From positions 192,785 through 256,784 of the forward strand of contig MGTS01000021.1 of NCBI GenBank assembly GCA_001799565.1: DNA of 64,000 bases, given 5' to 3'. The position numbers and the translations under genes are program-made. This DNA is from Elusimicrobia bacterium GWA2_51_34. Lineage in GTDB: Bacteria; Elusimicrobiota; Elusimicrobia; Elusimicrobiales; UBA9959. Below, piece by piece: positions 1 through 9,162 of the stretch (its first letter is position 1; each line of letters opens with the position of its first letter). The notes under the pieces were generated by a model. That model searched no databases. It was not told where the DNA came from and saw nothing but the letters and a program-made list of their open reading frames with translations.

Positions 1-505
1 TTATCAGTTCCATGATGACAACGGTCTTGCCCACTCCGGCGCCGCCGAACAGTCCTACCTTGCCGCCTTTCATGAACGGCGCCAGCAGATCTATCACCTT
101 TATGCCGGTTTCAAATATTTCCGGGGACGTTTTCAACTCGGTCATCAGCGGCGGCTCCCGGTGAATGGGCAGGAATTCTTTGGTGTTTATAGGGCCCCGG
201 TAATCTTTGGGTTCGCCCAGAACATCCATCAGGCGCCCGAGGCAGGCCTCCCCCACCGGCACTCTAAGCGGGAAGCCGGTATCTTCGGCTTCAAGCCCCT
301 TGCCGAGGCCCGTAGTGGGCCCAAGGGTTATGGCGCGCACGGTATTGTCACCCAGGTGCTGGGCCACTTCAGCCGTCAGCACCGCCCCGCGGCCGTCTTC
401 CTTATATTTTATTTTCAGCGCATTGTAAATGCCGGGCAGTTTGCCTGGGGCGAATTCAATGTCCAGCACCGGCCCTATTATCTGCACAATTTTTCCAATA
501 TTCAT
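1..505 (-). CDS. atpD: F1 ATP synthase beta subunit, N-terminal part (gene continues beyond window start)
   Basis: Reverse translation from ATG at 505 gives [18 protein letters not shown]... and reaches the Walker A GGAGVGKT at the window edge. It is the last visible gene of the atp cluster. Confidence 0.95.
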   Translation of the reverse strand, partial: MNIGKIVQIIGPVLDIEFAPGKLPGIYNALKIKYKEDGRGAVLTAEVAQHLGDNTVRAITLGPTTGLGKGLEAEDTGFPLRVPVGEACLGRLMDVLGEPKDYRGPINTKEFLPIHREPPLMTELKTSPEIFETGIKVIDLLAPFMKGGKVGLFGGAGVGKTVVIMELI

Positions 506-531
506 ATAAGTAGACTCCAGTTGAGTGGTTA

Positions 532-623
532 TCTAGTGATTCAGCGATTTAGTAATTAAGTAATTGAGTTCGGGGCGATTGTTTTTAACCAAATCACTTA
601 ATCACTCTTTACTTAATTACTAT
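532..623. repeat. Intergenic imperfect palindrome, word family GTGATTAAGT/ACTTAATCAC
   Basis: Left arm is ctagtgattcagcgatttagtaattaagtaattgagtt and right arm is aaccaaatcacttaatcactctttacttaattactat. It fills the atpD/atpG spacer. The same words recur at 59136-59262. Confidence 0.8.
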
Positions 624-1520
624 TTATCCTCCAAGTGCTTCTGCTCCGCCTACTATTTCACTCAACTCGGTTGTGATCATGGCCTGGCGGGTTTTATTCA
701 TTTTAAGCGTAAGCCCTTCTATAAGTTCCTCGGCGTTTTTGGAGGCCGATTCCATGGCGTTCATGCGCGCGGCCAGTTCCGCCGCCTGCGATTCCAGCAG
801 CACCCTGTAAAGCTGGGCTTTAAGCTGGCGCGGTAAAAGCGCCTCAAGCAGCTTTGTCTTTGACGGCTCAAAATTAAAATCGCCGCATTTAACCGCCGTG
901 CCGCTTACAAGCGCGCGGCTTTTAAGCGGCAGCAGATCGCCTATAACTATGCGCTGGGTGAGCATTGACTTGAACTCGTTATAAATAAGCGTGACGCGCT
1001 CAATGTCCCTGCCCAGGAACAGCTCAAGCACTTTCTCCCCGATAATTTCCGCTTTGGCGTAATCCGCCTTGGGGAAGATATTCACCATTTCAAAATACAA
1101 TTCCAGATTAAGCCCCTTCAGCCGCTTTAAAAGATCTCGCCCCTTCCTGCCCACCGCAAGCGCGTAAATTTTTTTACCGCGGTATTCTTTCAGCCAGGCG
1201 AGCGCAGCCTTAAGCAGGTTGGTGTTGAAAGAGCCGCATAAGCCCTTGTCTGCCGTTACCAGCACCAGACAAACGGCGCCGGACACGGGTTTTTCCTCAA
1301 ACAGTTTATAGGCCGGGGACGCCATAAAATCTTCCTCTTCCATCTCCCGGTAGAGGTCGCCTATAAGGCTGTCCATTTCATCGGAGAAAGGCCTGGCGGA
1401 CATTATGCCCGACTGGGCGCGTTTTATACGCGCAGCAGCCACCATTTTCATGGCATGGGTTATCTGCTTTATGCTTTTAACCGAGCCTATGTGTTTTCTG
1501 ATGTCGCGTATAGAAGCCAT
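624..1520 (-). CDS. atpG: F1 ATP synthase gamma subunit
   Basis: 298 aa starting MASIRDIRKHIGSVKSIKQITHAMKMVAAARIKRAQ, a typical gamma N-terminus, located within the atp cluster. Confidence 0.93.
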   Translation of the reverse strand: MASIRDIRKHIGSVKSIKQITHAMKMVAAARIKRAQSGIMSARPFSDEMDSLIGDLYREMEEEDFMASPAYKLFEEKPVSGAVCLVLVTADKGLCGSFNTNLLKAALAWLKEYRGKKIYALAVGRKGRDLLKRLKGLNLELYFEMVNIFPKADYAKAEIIGEKVLELFLGRDIERVTLIYNEFKSMLTQRIVIGDLLPLKSRALVSGTAVKCGDFNFEPSKTKLLEALLPRQLKAQLYRVLLESQAAELAARMNAMESASKNAEELIEGLTLKMNKTRQAMITTELSEIVGGAEALGG

Positions 1521-1535
1521 GATATTTGACCGTTA

Positions 1536-1635
1536 GCAACTGAAAGCTACAGAAGGCTACGGAAAGTTTTCGGAAATGATGAATTCTTCTCTTACTTTCT
1601 TTGGCCTTCAGTGGCCTTCTCTATCTTTCTCTTGC
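1536..1635. repeat. Imperfect palindrome, purine/pyrimidine word family AGAAGGC/GCCTTCT
   Basis: Left arm is gcaactgaaagctacagaaggctacggaaag and right arm is cttactttctttggccttcagtggccttct. The right arm overlaps the last codons of hldD. A related element lies at 34091-34187. Confidence 0.6.
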
Positions 1636-2551
1636 TATCCAGTTTCTCCAACTCTTTCACATAATCCGCTATGCCGTCTTCCAGATTCCATTCGGGTCTG
1701 TAATTCAGGCGCGCTTTGGCCCGGCGCAGATCCGCATGGGTTTTATTCTGGTAAAAAGCGTAGGGGTTTTCTATATATTCCGGAGCCAGGTCCGAAACCA
1801 TGGCCTTGTTCAGGCAATCCACCACCTTGTTGAAATTTTCAGGATGGCCGGAAGCCACATTGCACACGCCGAATCCGGATGCGTCAAGAGCGTTCAGGTT
1901 GGCGCGCACCACGTCTTTTATGTAAACAAAATCCCGCGCCTGCTCGCCAAACTTGAAAATACGCGGGCGCCTGCCCGCTTTCATCTGCAGATAAAGCTGA
2001 TACATCATACTCGCCACTTTACCTTTATAAGCTTCACCCGGCCCGTATACGTTAAAATACCGAAGCCCCGTTAAGGCCATATCCGTGTGTACCGCGGCAA
2101 AATCACGCGCGGCTTTGTCCATTATGGCTTTGGAAAAGCCGTAAACGTTCTCCGGCTCGGGCGTCTGTTCCTCTTTCATAGGGCACTGGCCGTTGCCGTA
2201 CACCCCGGCGGAAGAAGCGTAAACCACAGTTTTAACCTCGTACTGAGCGGCGAAGGCGAGCACCGCTTTAAATCCCTCCACATTCACCTGCATCATTTTT
2301 TTCTGGTCCGTCACGGTGGTGTCCGTGATGGCGGCTTCGTGGAACACGGCGTCAACCTTTCCCACTTTGTCAAACCAGCCGGGGGCTAAAATATCTTCGC
2401 CTATAACATTCCCCTGAAAGCCCTGCAGGTTCTTAAAATTCCCTGAAGAAAAATCATCCAGAACCGTAACTTCCGCTTTGCGCTCGCGCTCAAGAGCAAG
2501 AGCAATATTCGATCCCACAAAGCCCGCCCCGCCGGTTACCAGGTATTTCAT
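1592..2551 (-). CDS. hldD: ADP-L-glycero-D-manno-heptose 6-epimerase-like NAD-dependent epimerase
   Basis: 319 aa with the VTGGAGFVGSN Rossmann motif and YASSAGVYG. RYFNVYGPGEAYKGKVASM and QNKTHADL match my memory of E. coli HldD (RYFNVYGPREGHKGSMAS, YQAFTQADL). GGAGG RBS lies upstream. Confidence 0.8.
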   Translation of the reverse strand: MKYLVTGGAGFVGSNIALALERERKAEVTVLDDFSSGNFKNLQGFQGNVIGEDILAPGWFDKVGKVDAVFHEAAITDTTVTDQKKMMQVNVEGFKAVLAFAAQYEVKTVVYASSAGVYGNGQCPMKEEQTPEPENVYGFSKAIMDKAARDFAAVHTDMALTGLRYFNVYGPGEAYKGKVASMMYQLYLQMKAGRRPRIFKFGEQARDFVYIKDVVRANLNALDASGFGVCNVASGHPENFNKVVDCLNKAMVSDLAPEYIENPYAFYQNKTHADLRRAKARLNYRPEWNLEDGIADYVKELEKLDSKRKIEKATEGQRK

Positions 2552-2563
2552 ATTAAGGACCTC

Positions 2564-2643
2564 CTAGCTGGTAGGCGGGTAAGCCAGTAAGCTGGTCTGC
2601 TTTTCAGAGCCTGCTAACTTACTAGCCTACAAGCCTACTAGCC
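2564..2643. repeat. Intergenic imperfect palindrome, word family GGTAGGC/GCCTAC
   Basis: Left arm is ctagctggtaggcgggtaagccagtaagctgg and right arm is gctaacttactagcctacaagcctactagcc, in the hldD/atpA spacer. Related elements lie at 29094-29180 and 41411-41553. Confidence 0.8.
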
Positions 2644-2645
2644 TG

Positions 2646-4160
2646 TCAGCTAAAACTCTTCTTATATCCCGCCACGGCGCCGGCAAGCCTTTCTTCCAGA
2701 TCTTTATTAATTTCCCTTTTTGCTGTAATGTCCGCCAGCAAATTCGGGTAGCTTCCTTTTATGAACCGCGCCAGGCCCTCTTCAAATTTCTTTACCTGGT
2801 CCATAGCGAGGTCGTCCAGATAGCCTCTTGAACCCGCGAAAAGAATTATTATCTGGTCCTGGAGCGGAAGGGGGAGGTACTGGTCCTGTTTAAGCAGTTC
2901 CACCATGCGCTCGCCCCGGCGCAGCTGGTCAAGGCTCGTTTTATCAAGGTCGGAACCGAACTGCGCGAAAGCGGCCAGCTCATTATATTGGGCCAGATCC
3001 AGCCGCAGTTTGCCGGCCACCTGGCGCATAGCCTTAACCTGGGCCGAACCGCCCACGCGCGAAACTGAAATACCCACATTCACCGCCGGGCGCTGGCCCG
3101 CGTGGAACAGCGCGGCTTCAAGATAGATCTGGCCGTCGGTAATTGAAATAACATTGGTGGGAATATAAGCCGACACGTCCCCCGCCTGTGTTTCAATTAT
3201 AGGCAACGCCGTCAAAGAGCCGCCGCCGTTCTTGTCGTTAAGCTTACAGGCGCGCTCTAAAAGCCTTGAATGCAGATAAAACACATCGCCCGGATAGGCT
3301 TCGCGGCCCGGCGGACGGCGCAAAAGAAGCGACATCTGCCTGTAAGCCTGGGCATGCTTTGAAAGGTCGTCATAGACTATCAGGACATGCCTGCCCTGCC
3401 ACAGAAATTCCTCGCCTATGGCGCAGCCGGAATACGGCGCCAGATACAAAAGAGAGGCCGGCTGTGAGGCGGAAGCGGAAACTATTATGGAATATTCCAT
3501 GGCGCCGTTATCTTCAAGGATTTTAGCCACGCGGGCCACTGTGGAGTCCTTCTGGCCTATGGCCACATAGATACAGATAGGGCGTTTTTCAGGCGGCTCG
3601 TTCTTCTGGTTTATAATGGTGTCTATAGCTATGGCTGTTTTGCCGGTCTGGCGGTCGCCTATTATAAGTTCGCGCTGTCCGCGGCCTATGGGGATCATGG
3701 CGTCTATTGCTTTAAGGCCGGTCTGCAGCGGCTCTTTAACCGGCTGCCGCTCCACCACGCCGGGAGCTATTATCTCAACCGGACGCCGCTTGTCCGCTTT
3801 TATGGCCCCCTTGCCGTCAAGGGGATTTCCCAGAGCGTCCACCACCCTGCCTATAAGCCCGGGCCCCACCGGCACGTCCATAACGCGCCCGGTGCGTTTT
3901 ACCCTGTTCCCTTCTTTTATGCGCGAGTCGGCGCCCATTACCACCACGCCCACATTTTCTCTTTCAATGTTTAAAACCATGCCGTGCACGCCGCCCTCAA
4001 ACTCCACTAATTCACCCACCACGCAGCTCTCCAGCCCGTAAACGCGGGCAATACCGTCGCCCACCTGCAGCACCTGGCCGGCCTCGGAAAGCTCCGCGTC
4101 GGGCACAAATTTTTCTATCCTGGTCTTAATAATTTCGGTTATCTCTTCCGGTCGTATCAT
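2646..4160 (-). CDS. atpA: F1 ATP synthase alpha subunit
   Basis: 504 aa with Walker A GDRQTGKT and alpha-subunit sequence throughout. Confidence 0.97.
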   Translation of the reverse strand: MIRPEEITEIIKTRIEKFVPDAELSEAGQVLQVGDGIARVYGLESCVVGELVEFEGGVHGMVLNIERENVGVVVMGADSRIKEGNRVKRTGRVMDVPVGPGLIGRVVDALGNPLDGKGAIKADKRRPVEIIAPGVVERQPVKEPLQTGLKAIDAMIPIGRGQRELIIGDRQTGKTAIAIDTIINQKNEPPEKRPICIYVAIGQKDSTVARVAKILEDNGAMEYSIIVSASASQPASLLYLAPYSGCAIGEEFLWQGRHVLIVYDDLSKHAQAYRQMSLLLRRPPGREAYPGDVFYLHSRLLERACKLNDKNGGGSLTALPIIETQAGDVSAYIPTNVISITDGQIYLEAALFHAGQRPAVNVGISVSRVGGSAQVKAMRQVAGKLRLDLAQYNELAAFAQFGSDLDKTSLDQLRRGERMVELLKQDQYLPLPLQDQIIILFAGSRGYLDDLAMDQVKKFEEGLARFIKGSYPNLLADITAKREINKDLEERLAGAVAGYKKSFS

Positions 4161-4180
4161 TTCAAATACCGCCTTTAATA

Positions 4181-4246
4181 GAGCTGAAGAACTGAAGTTC
4201 TGAAGTTAAAGAGAGAATAATCTTCAGCGCTTCAGAGCTTCAGCGC
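4181..4246. repeat. Intergenic imperfect palindrome, word CTGAAG/CTTCAG
   Basis: Left arm is gagctgaagaactgaagttctgaagtt and right arm is cttcagcgcttcagagcttcagcgc, in the atpA/atpH spacer. Confidence 0.8.
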
Positions 4247-4250
4247 TGGT

Positions 4251-4808
4251 CTAAATCGCGAATAATTCTTTTTTAAGACGCTCAAAGCGCCCCTTGACCG
4301 AGGCGTCTATAAGCAAGCCGCCCATTTTTATTTCAAACCCGCCTATCACCCGTTCCGTTATAACTTGCGCCAGATGCATTTTTTTGCCGGAAACTTTACC
4401 CAGCAGTTTTTCAAGCCGCTTGAGTTCCGCTTCGTTCAGGCCGTAGCGGGAATAAACCTCGGCCTTCATTACAGCGCGCCAGGCCTCAAAAAGCCTTAAA
4501 GCTTCCTGCACTATTTCCTCAAAAAGAAAAAACCTGTTTTCCTTTACAAGAAACTCCAAAAAAGCGCGGGCGGGACCGTAAGCCGCGGAAGCCCCCATGA
4601 TCTTTTCTAAAATTTCTTCTTTCACGGCTCCGTTAATAACCGGGTGAACCAGCACCTTCCTGTAAGGCTCAACGGCGGAAAAGACCTTCTTCAGCGCAGA
4701 TATCCTGGCTTTAGCGTCACTCTCAAGAGCGTGATCAAAACCCAGGCCGTCAAGGCCCATGTAAGCCCTGGCGTAGCGTTTGGCAAGCGTCTTGTCGGCC
4801 GCTTTCAT
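4251..4808 (-). CDS. atpH: F1 ATP synthase delta (OSCP) subunit
   Basis: 185 aa located between atpF and atpA, with OSCP-like sequence (LAKRYARAY..., C-terminal GGFEIKMGGLLIDASVKGRFERLK). Confidence 0.88.
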   Translation of the reverse strand: MKAADKTLAKRYARAYMGLDGLGFDHALESDAKARISALKKVFSAVEPYRKVLVHPVINGAVKEEILEKIMGASAAYGPARAFLEFLVKENRFFLFEEIVQEALRLFEAWRAVMKAEVYSRYGLNEAELKRLEKLLGKVSGKKMHLAQVITERVIGGFEIKMGGLLIDASVKGRFERLKKELFAI

Positions 4809-4810
4809 TT

Positions 4811-5332
4811 TCAGTTCTCCGAAAGATTTAAAAATTTATCCGCTTTTTCAAGGTCGTCAATTGCCCTGGCCACAAGCTGGGAATTTGCTTTAGGGTCAAG
4901 ATGTTTTTCAAGCAGCTTTTCAGAAACCGCCAGGGCAAGCCCCACTACCTTTTCCCTGAGCTCGCGCACAGCCTCATTTTTCTGTGAATCTATCTCTATC
5001 TTTGCCGCCGCCACTATAAGGGCCGCGCTTCTGCGCGCCTCTTCCACTATCACTTCCTTTTCTTTCTCGCCTTCCGCCCTTGCCGCATCAAGACGGCGGG
5101 AAAGCTCTGCTTTCAGCTCGGCGAATTTAATTTCCAGTTCGTTTTTTATTTTTTCAGCCTCAACCCTGGCGTTTTCGGCGGCCTCGCGGTCGCGTCTTAG
5201 CGCGTTTTCCCTGTCCTCCACCGCTTTTAAAAGCGGCTTCCAGGCGGTTTTTGAAAGCAAGAAGACCAGCAGGACAAAGCAGGTTATTGTCCAGAAGGCC
5301 AGGCCGAATTCCGGTTTAATCAAAGCTTCCAT
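4811..5332 (-). CDS. atpF: F0 ATP synthase b subunit
   Basis: 173 aa with one N-terminal TM helix followed by a long charged coiled coil. It sits 2 bp upstream of atpH. Confidence 0.88.
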   Translation of the reverse strand: MEALIKPEFGLAFWTITCFVLLVFLLSKTAWKPLLKAVEDRENALRRDREAAENARVEAEKIKNELEIKFAELKAELSRRLDAARAEGEKEKEVIVEEARRSAALIVAAAKIEIDSQKNEAVRELREKVVGLALAVSEKLLEKHLDPKANSQLVARAIDDLEKADKFLNLSEN

Positions 5333-5342
5333 GGGGAACTCC

Positions 5343-5468
5343 AGTCTGAGAGTCTAGAAGTCTGAGAGTCACAGAGTCTTAGCGTCAGAGAGTCCTAAGA
5401 TTTTGGAGTTTATTACTTTCAGACTCCCAGACTCTCAGACTCTTAGACTCTCATGACTCACGACTTCA
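5343..5468. repeat. Intergenic imperfect palindrome, word GAGTCT/AGACTC
   Basis: Left arm has gagtctgagagtc-type repeats and right arm has cagactcccagactctcagactcttagactc, in the atpF/atpE spacer. The same words occur at 31467-31556. Confidence 0.8.
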
Positions 5469-5470
5469 GT

Positions 5471-5764
5471 TTACTTATGCGCTTCGGTCTGCGCGGCTTC
5501 GGGCCCGGCCGGCGCCTTGGGCATGCCGAAATTCATAACCGCGAGCAGGCAGATAACCAGCGCGAAAAACGCGAGGCCTTCTACCAGAGCCGCCGCGATG
5601 ATCATGGTGGTGCGCAGCGCAGGGCCGGCTTCCGGCTGGCGGGCCGTGCCTTCAAGGGCGCTTGCGGCAAGCTTGCCTATACCAAGGCCGGCCCCCACAA
5701 GCGTGATCCCGGCGCCAAGCCCGGCGCCAATGTAACCGAGTCCCAAAAACATCATGTCGTTCAT
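5471..5764 (-). CDS. atpE: F0 ATP synthase c subunit
   Basis: Hairpin proteolipid with GLGIGKLAASALEGTARQPE loop and a carboxylate in ALVEGLAFFAL. I chose the ATG at 5764 (MNDMMFLG) because GGGAGGT lies 6 nt upstream. The ORF-track start at 5779 has no RBS. Confidence 0.9.
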   Translation of the reverse strand: MNDMMFLGLGYIGAGLGAGITLVGAGLGIGKLAASALEGTARQPEAGPALRTTMIIAAALVEGLAFFALVICLLAVMNFGMPKAPAGPEAAQTEAHK

Positions 5765-5801
5765 TATACTACCTCCCATATTTAACAGCGATCATTGACT
5801 A

Positions 5802-5896
5802 GTTGTCAGTGGACAGTGATCAGTAAAGAACAATCCGAAACTGACCACTGGTCACCTGCTTTCTCTGAATTGTGCTTCGCACCCACCACTACCCAC
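5802..5896. repeat. Intergenic imperfect palindrome, word CAGTGG/CCACTG
   Basis: Left arm is gttgtcagtggacagtgatcagt and right arm is ctgaccactggtcacctgc...cccaccactacccac, in the atpE/atpB spacer. Family members lie at 12347-12438 and 63289-63350. Confidence 0.75.
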
Positions 5897-5902
5897 TTTC
5901 CG

Positions 5903-6664
5903 CTAATGCGGATGCATTGCCGCGCCCGTGAAAATAGCCGTCAGGAATGTGAACACATAAGCCTGCAGGAACGCCACGAACAATTCCAGCAGCAGGATGA
6001 ACAGCACCAGCGCAACCGAAACAGGCGCCACGCCCAGCCCCAGGGCGGTGTTCAACGCCCCGAAGATGAAAATGAAACTTACGAAAGCCAATATAACTAT
6101 ATGCCCGGCTATCATGTTGGCGAAAAGACGGATGCAAAGGGCAAAGGTTTTTGTTAAAAGGCCTATAAGTTCTATGGGGAAAAGCAGCGGGTAAAGCCAG
6201 AACGGCACGCCCTTGGGGACGATATGCGCCAGGTAAGAAAAAAGCCCCTGCTCCCTTATGCCGGCGAAATTGACAAGCGCGAAAGTGGTAAGCGCCAGAG
6301 CCGCCGTGACGGCCAGGTTGCCGGTGGCGGTGGCCCCGAAAGGCACCATGCCCAGCAGGTTCATTATAAGTATGAAAAAAAACAGGGTGCAGAAATACCC
6401 CATATAAGCCGCGCCTTTGCGGCCAAGATTGGGCACAACCACCTCATCGCGCAGAAAAACAACCACTATCTCTATCATCGCCCGGAACGGCGCGAGCGCC
6501 AGGGAACGGCTGCGTATTATGAGAGGGAAAACCGCCAGCAGTATGAGGGCCGCTATGCCCATCATAAGCAGATGTTTTGACACCGGAAATTCTAACGGCC
6601 CCAGCGTTTGCCAGGCCCACACATGGTCAACGATATGATGCTCAAGGATCTCTTTTAATTCCAT
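5903..6664 (-). CDS. atpB: F0 ATP synthase a subunit
   Basis: 253 aa polytopic membrane protein with the conserved Arg motif LCIRLFANMIAGH. Confidence 0.93.
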   Translation of the reverse strand: MELKEILEHHIVDHVWAWQTLGPLEFPVSKHLLMMGIAALILLAVFPLIIRSRSLALAPFRAMIEIVVVFLRDEVVVPNLGRKGAAYMGYFCTLFFFILIMNLLGMVPFGATATGNLAVTAALALTTFALVNFAGIREQGLFSYLAHIVPKGVPFWLYPLLFPIELIGLLTKTFALCIRLFANMIAGHIVILAFVSFIFIFGALNTALGLGVAPVSVALVLFILLLELFVAFLQAYVFTFLTAIFTGAAMHPH

Positions 6665-6941
6665 TCTTTTTAATGGGGACGGCTTCGAAAATCAGCTGAA
6701 CCAGTATAAGAGAAACAGCGAACGGAACTATAATTATATATTTTTCACGCCGCAAAAACCAAACTGAGCCGGCAAGGAAAACCAGCCGGTACAAAAGCCC
6801 TCCTGCGAACACGGAATAAAAAACCGTATCCGGCGAGTTAAGCGTTTTTTTAAGCGACCAGCGTGCCAGCGCCCCGTTTAACACCCCCGCGGCAAGCCCC
6901 GAAAGAACAGCCATCCGGACTGAATCAATCATAAAAGACAC
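6642..6941 (-). CDS. Small membrane protein, ATP synthase protein I-like
   Basis: 99 aa with 3-4 hydrophobic segments. It overlaps the atpB start by 23 nt and sits where atpI normally lies. The call rests on position and topology only. Confidence 0.5.
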   Translation of the reverse strand: MSFMIDSVRMAVLSGLAAGVLNGALARWSLKKTLNSPDTVFYSVFAGGLLYRLVFLAGSVWFLRREKYIIIVPFAVSLILVQLIFEAVPIKKNGIKRDP

Positions 6942-7024
6942 CAGGTTGCAGGTGACAGGTAACAGGTGGCAGGCAGCAGGTGATAGGGCTCTCTGCCTGT
7001 GACCTGTAACCTGATACCTGCCGC
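6942..7024. repeat. Intergenic imperfect palindrome, word CAGGT/ACCTG
   Basis: Left arm is caggttgcaggtgacaggtaacaggtggcaggcagcaggtg and right arm is cctgtgacctgtaacctgatacctgcc. A 19-nt stretch cctgtaacctgatacctgc is identical to 45060-45078. Confidence 0.85.
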
Positions 7025-7042
7025 CTTTTGTTGACCGTCACA

Positions 7043-7252
7043 CTACTCTCCCTCTTTTCTGAAAAGTTCCTTCATAACCAGGTAAAAACCCGCCGCCATG
7101 CCGCCGGCCGCCCCGCCAAGCATTAGCCAGGGTGAAGTGCCCATTTTCCCATCCAGCCAGTAGCCGGCCCAAAAGCCAAGCAGCACGCTTACGGCCAATT
7201 CCAGGCCTATCTGCGCGTATTTCCAATAATTTTGGTCGGGCCGGCTATTCAT
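7043..7252 (-). CDS. atpZ: AtpZ/ATPase_gene1-like small membrane protein
   Basis: 69 aa with two TM helices. YWKYAQIGLELAVSVLLGFWAGYWLD is typical of the AtpZ family that heads atp operons. Confidence 0.7.
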   Translation of the reverse strand: MNSRPDQNYWKYAQIGLELAVSVLLGFWAGYWLDGKMGTSPWLMLGGAAGGMAAGFYLVMKELFRKEGE

Positions 7253-7361
7253 CAGCGATCCTCGCGCCGCAAAGCCTTATTTTACCTTTTTTACGCCCCT
7301 CTTAAGGTCGCGGAGGAAATGTAAAGCGCAGTTTTAATTTTGATTTCCAAGGCGGCGAAAA

Positions 7362-7370
7362 TGTTAAAAT
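7362..7370 (+). promoter_or_regulatory. Extended -10 element (TGtTAAAAT) 7 nt upstream of the ATG at 7378, a possible leaderless transcript
   Basis: The sequence atgttaaaatcaatctcATG has no Shine-Dalgarno between the -10-like hexamer and the start codon. Confidence 0.35.
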
Positions 7371-7377
7371 CAATCTC

Positions 7378-9102
7378 ATGGATCCCGAGTTCAGGAAAAG
7401 AATACTGATAGTGGACACAGAGGCCGAAGCGGCCGGAGAACTTAAAACTTTTCTTGAAGAAAATGAGTACAGCGTCCGGCACACCGCGGATTACCAGCAA
7501 TCGCTTGACACCATACAAAACTGGAAACCGGACCTGGTAATTTTAAACATACTGGTGCAAATCTTCAATCCGCTTAACCTGATAAGCGACATCAAGAAAA
7601 ACCCGTTCACAGAAAACCAGAAAATAATAATTTTCTCCAAAACCCCGAAGACCGATATAGTAACGGGGCCCGCCCCCAGGGTGACGGGCTACCTTACAAA
7701 ACCGATTGACTTTGAAGAACTTAAAGCTACCCTGGCCAAAGCACTCAGCGGGGTCAGCGGCCTGGAACAGCCGACGGTTATGATAGCCGATGACGACGAA
7801 GAATTTTCCGACCTGGTAAAAATGTTCCTTGAATCCAATAACTGCAGGCCGGTAACGGTAACCGATCCCTTCAAAGTGCTGGACATGATTAAAAAAACGC
7901 GTCCGCGGGTGCTGCTGCTTGACCTGATGATGCCCGGCAAAGACGGCTTCCGGATAATAGAAGAAATGCAGGATGAGGCCGAAACCGCAAAAATACCGAT
8001 TATAGTTTTAAGCGGCCTGCGCCTTGATAATATTCAGGAACGCGGCATACTTACCGGACTTCCGGAGATAGTGGCGAAGGAAATGCCGAAAGAATTGCTT
8101 TTAAAACTGATAAAAGAACAGACCGCGGGCGTAATCGCGCCAAACAACCAGAGCGAAACGCCGAAAGGCCCTCTAAAGCCGCGGGTGCTTATAGCCGACG
8201 ACCAGATGGAACTTCTGATGCTGATGAAAGAAACGGTGGAGACCGCCGGTTTTGAGGTGGTCACCGCCTCGGACGGCCAGGAAGCGCTTCAGGTTATCTT
8301 TGAAACCAATCCGGATATAGCGGTGCTTGATTACAACATGCCCATAAAAGACGGGCTAAGCGTAGCGAAAAACCTTAAGGACAACCCCCTGTTCGCCCAT
8401 ATTCCGGTAATAATCTGCACCGCTTACAGCGAGAAAAGCACCAAGCTCAAAGGCCTCAGCATGGGCATTGACGACTACCTTATAAAACCCGTAGATACCG
8501 ATGAGCTGGTTGCCCGCATCCGCATGATACTGAAGCGCAACAAACTGGTGCTGGACACAAATCCGCTCTCAAAACTCCCCGGGAACCCCTCCATACAGGC
8601 GCGGGTGGAGAGGAAAATACAGGAAAACCTGCCCTTTGCCGTGCTTTATCTGGACCTGAATAACTTTAAAGCGTACAACGACACTTACGGTTTTGAGTCC
8701 GGAGACCGCGTTATAAAGACCACGGCCAACCTTTTAGTTAAACTCACTATCCGCAACGAGAGCTCCGAAGAGTTTATCGGCCACATAGGCGGAGACGATT
8801 TTATAATTGTCACAAGTTTTGAAAAAGCGGAGGAACTGGCCAGGCACATTACCGCGGCTTTTGATGAAATAGCCCCTTCCTTTTATTCAAAGGAGGACCG
8901 CGAGCGCGGCGCCATAGTTTCTACCGACCGGCAGGGCAATATTAAAAAATTTCCCTTTCTCTCTATCGCTATAGGCATTGTGCACAACCGGCTGCAGCCG
9001 ATCCTCTCTTTCGCCCAGGTCAGCAACATAGGCGCGGAATTAAAAAAGGCGGCCAAGACCTCCGCAAAAAGCCATTATGTAATTGACAGAAGGAAGGACT
9101 AG
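7378..9102 (+). CDS. Response regulator with three receiver domains and a C-terminal GGDEF-family domain carrying a GGDDF motif
   Basis: REC1 (aa ~8-120) reads DLVILNI where the phospho-acceptor Asp is expected. REC2 (LLLDLMMPGKDG) and REC3 (AVLDYNMPIKDG) are canonical. The C-terminus has LPGN...LYLDLNNFKAYNDTYGFESGD...GHIGGDDFIIV. Confidence 0.85.
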   Translation: MDPEFRKRILIVDTEAEAAGELKTFLEENEYSVRHTADYQQSLDTIQNWKPDLVILNILVQIFNPLNLISDIKKNPFTENQKIIIFSKTPKTDIVTGPAPRVTGYLTKPIDFEELKATLAKALSGVSGLEQPTVMIADDDEEFSDLVKMFLESNNCRPVTVTDPFKVLDMIKKTRPRVLLLDLMMPGKDGFRIIEEMQDEAETAKIPIIVLSGLRLDNIQERGILTGLPEIVAKEMPKELLLKLIKEQTAGVIAPNNQSETPKGPLKPRVLIADDQMELLMLMKETVETAGFEVVTASDGQEALQVIFETNPDIAVLDYNMPIKDGLSVAKNLKDNPLFAHIPVIICTAYSEKSTKLKGLSMGIDDYLIKPVDTDELVARIRMILKRNKLVLDTNPLSKLPGNPSIQARVERKIQENLPFAVLYLDLNNFKAYNDTYGFESGDRVIKTTANLLVKLTIRNESSEEFIGHIGGDDFIIVTSFEKAEELARHITAAFDEIAPSFYSKEDRERGAIVSTDRQGNIKKFPFLSIAIGIVHNRLQPILSFAQVSNIGAELKKAAKTSAKSHYVIDRRKD

Positions 9103-9111
9103 CCGGCGCAT

Positions 9112-9151
9112 AAAAAAACGCCGTCCGCCTGAGGCGGACGGCGTTTTAATT
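9112..9151. terminator. Bidirectional intrinsic terminator
   Basis: 12-bp perfect stem acgccgtccgcc/ggcggacggcgt with loop tgag, an A7 run upstream and TTTT downstream. It lies between convergent genes. The stem core CCGCC-N4-GGCGG resembles the CCGCCTAAGGCGG hairpin family. Confidence 0.85.
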
Positions 9152-9162
9152 TACATCCCCGC

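Noticed and set aside
4644-5357. 237-aa plus-strand ORF
   Set aside because: It is antisense to atpH/atpF, and its Ser/Ala-rich sequence mirrors the charged coiled coil of subunit b.
7291-7518. Small minus-strand ORFs in the atp / regulator divergent region
   Set aside because: They overlap the start of the triple-REC gene and its promoter region, and have no RBS or motifs.
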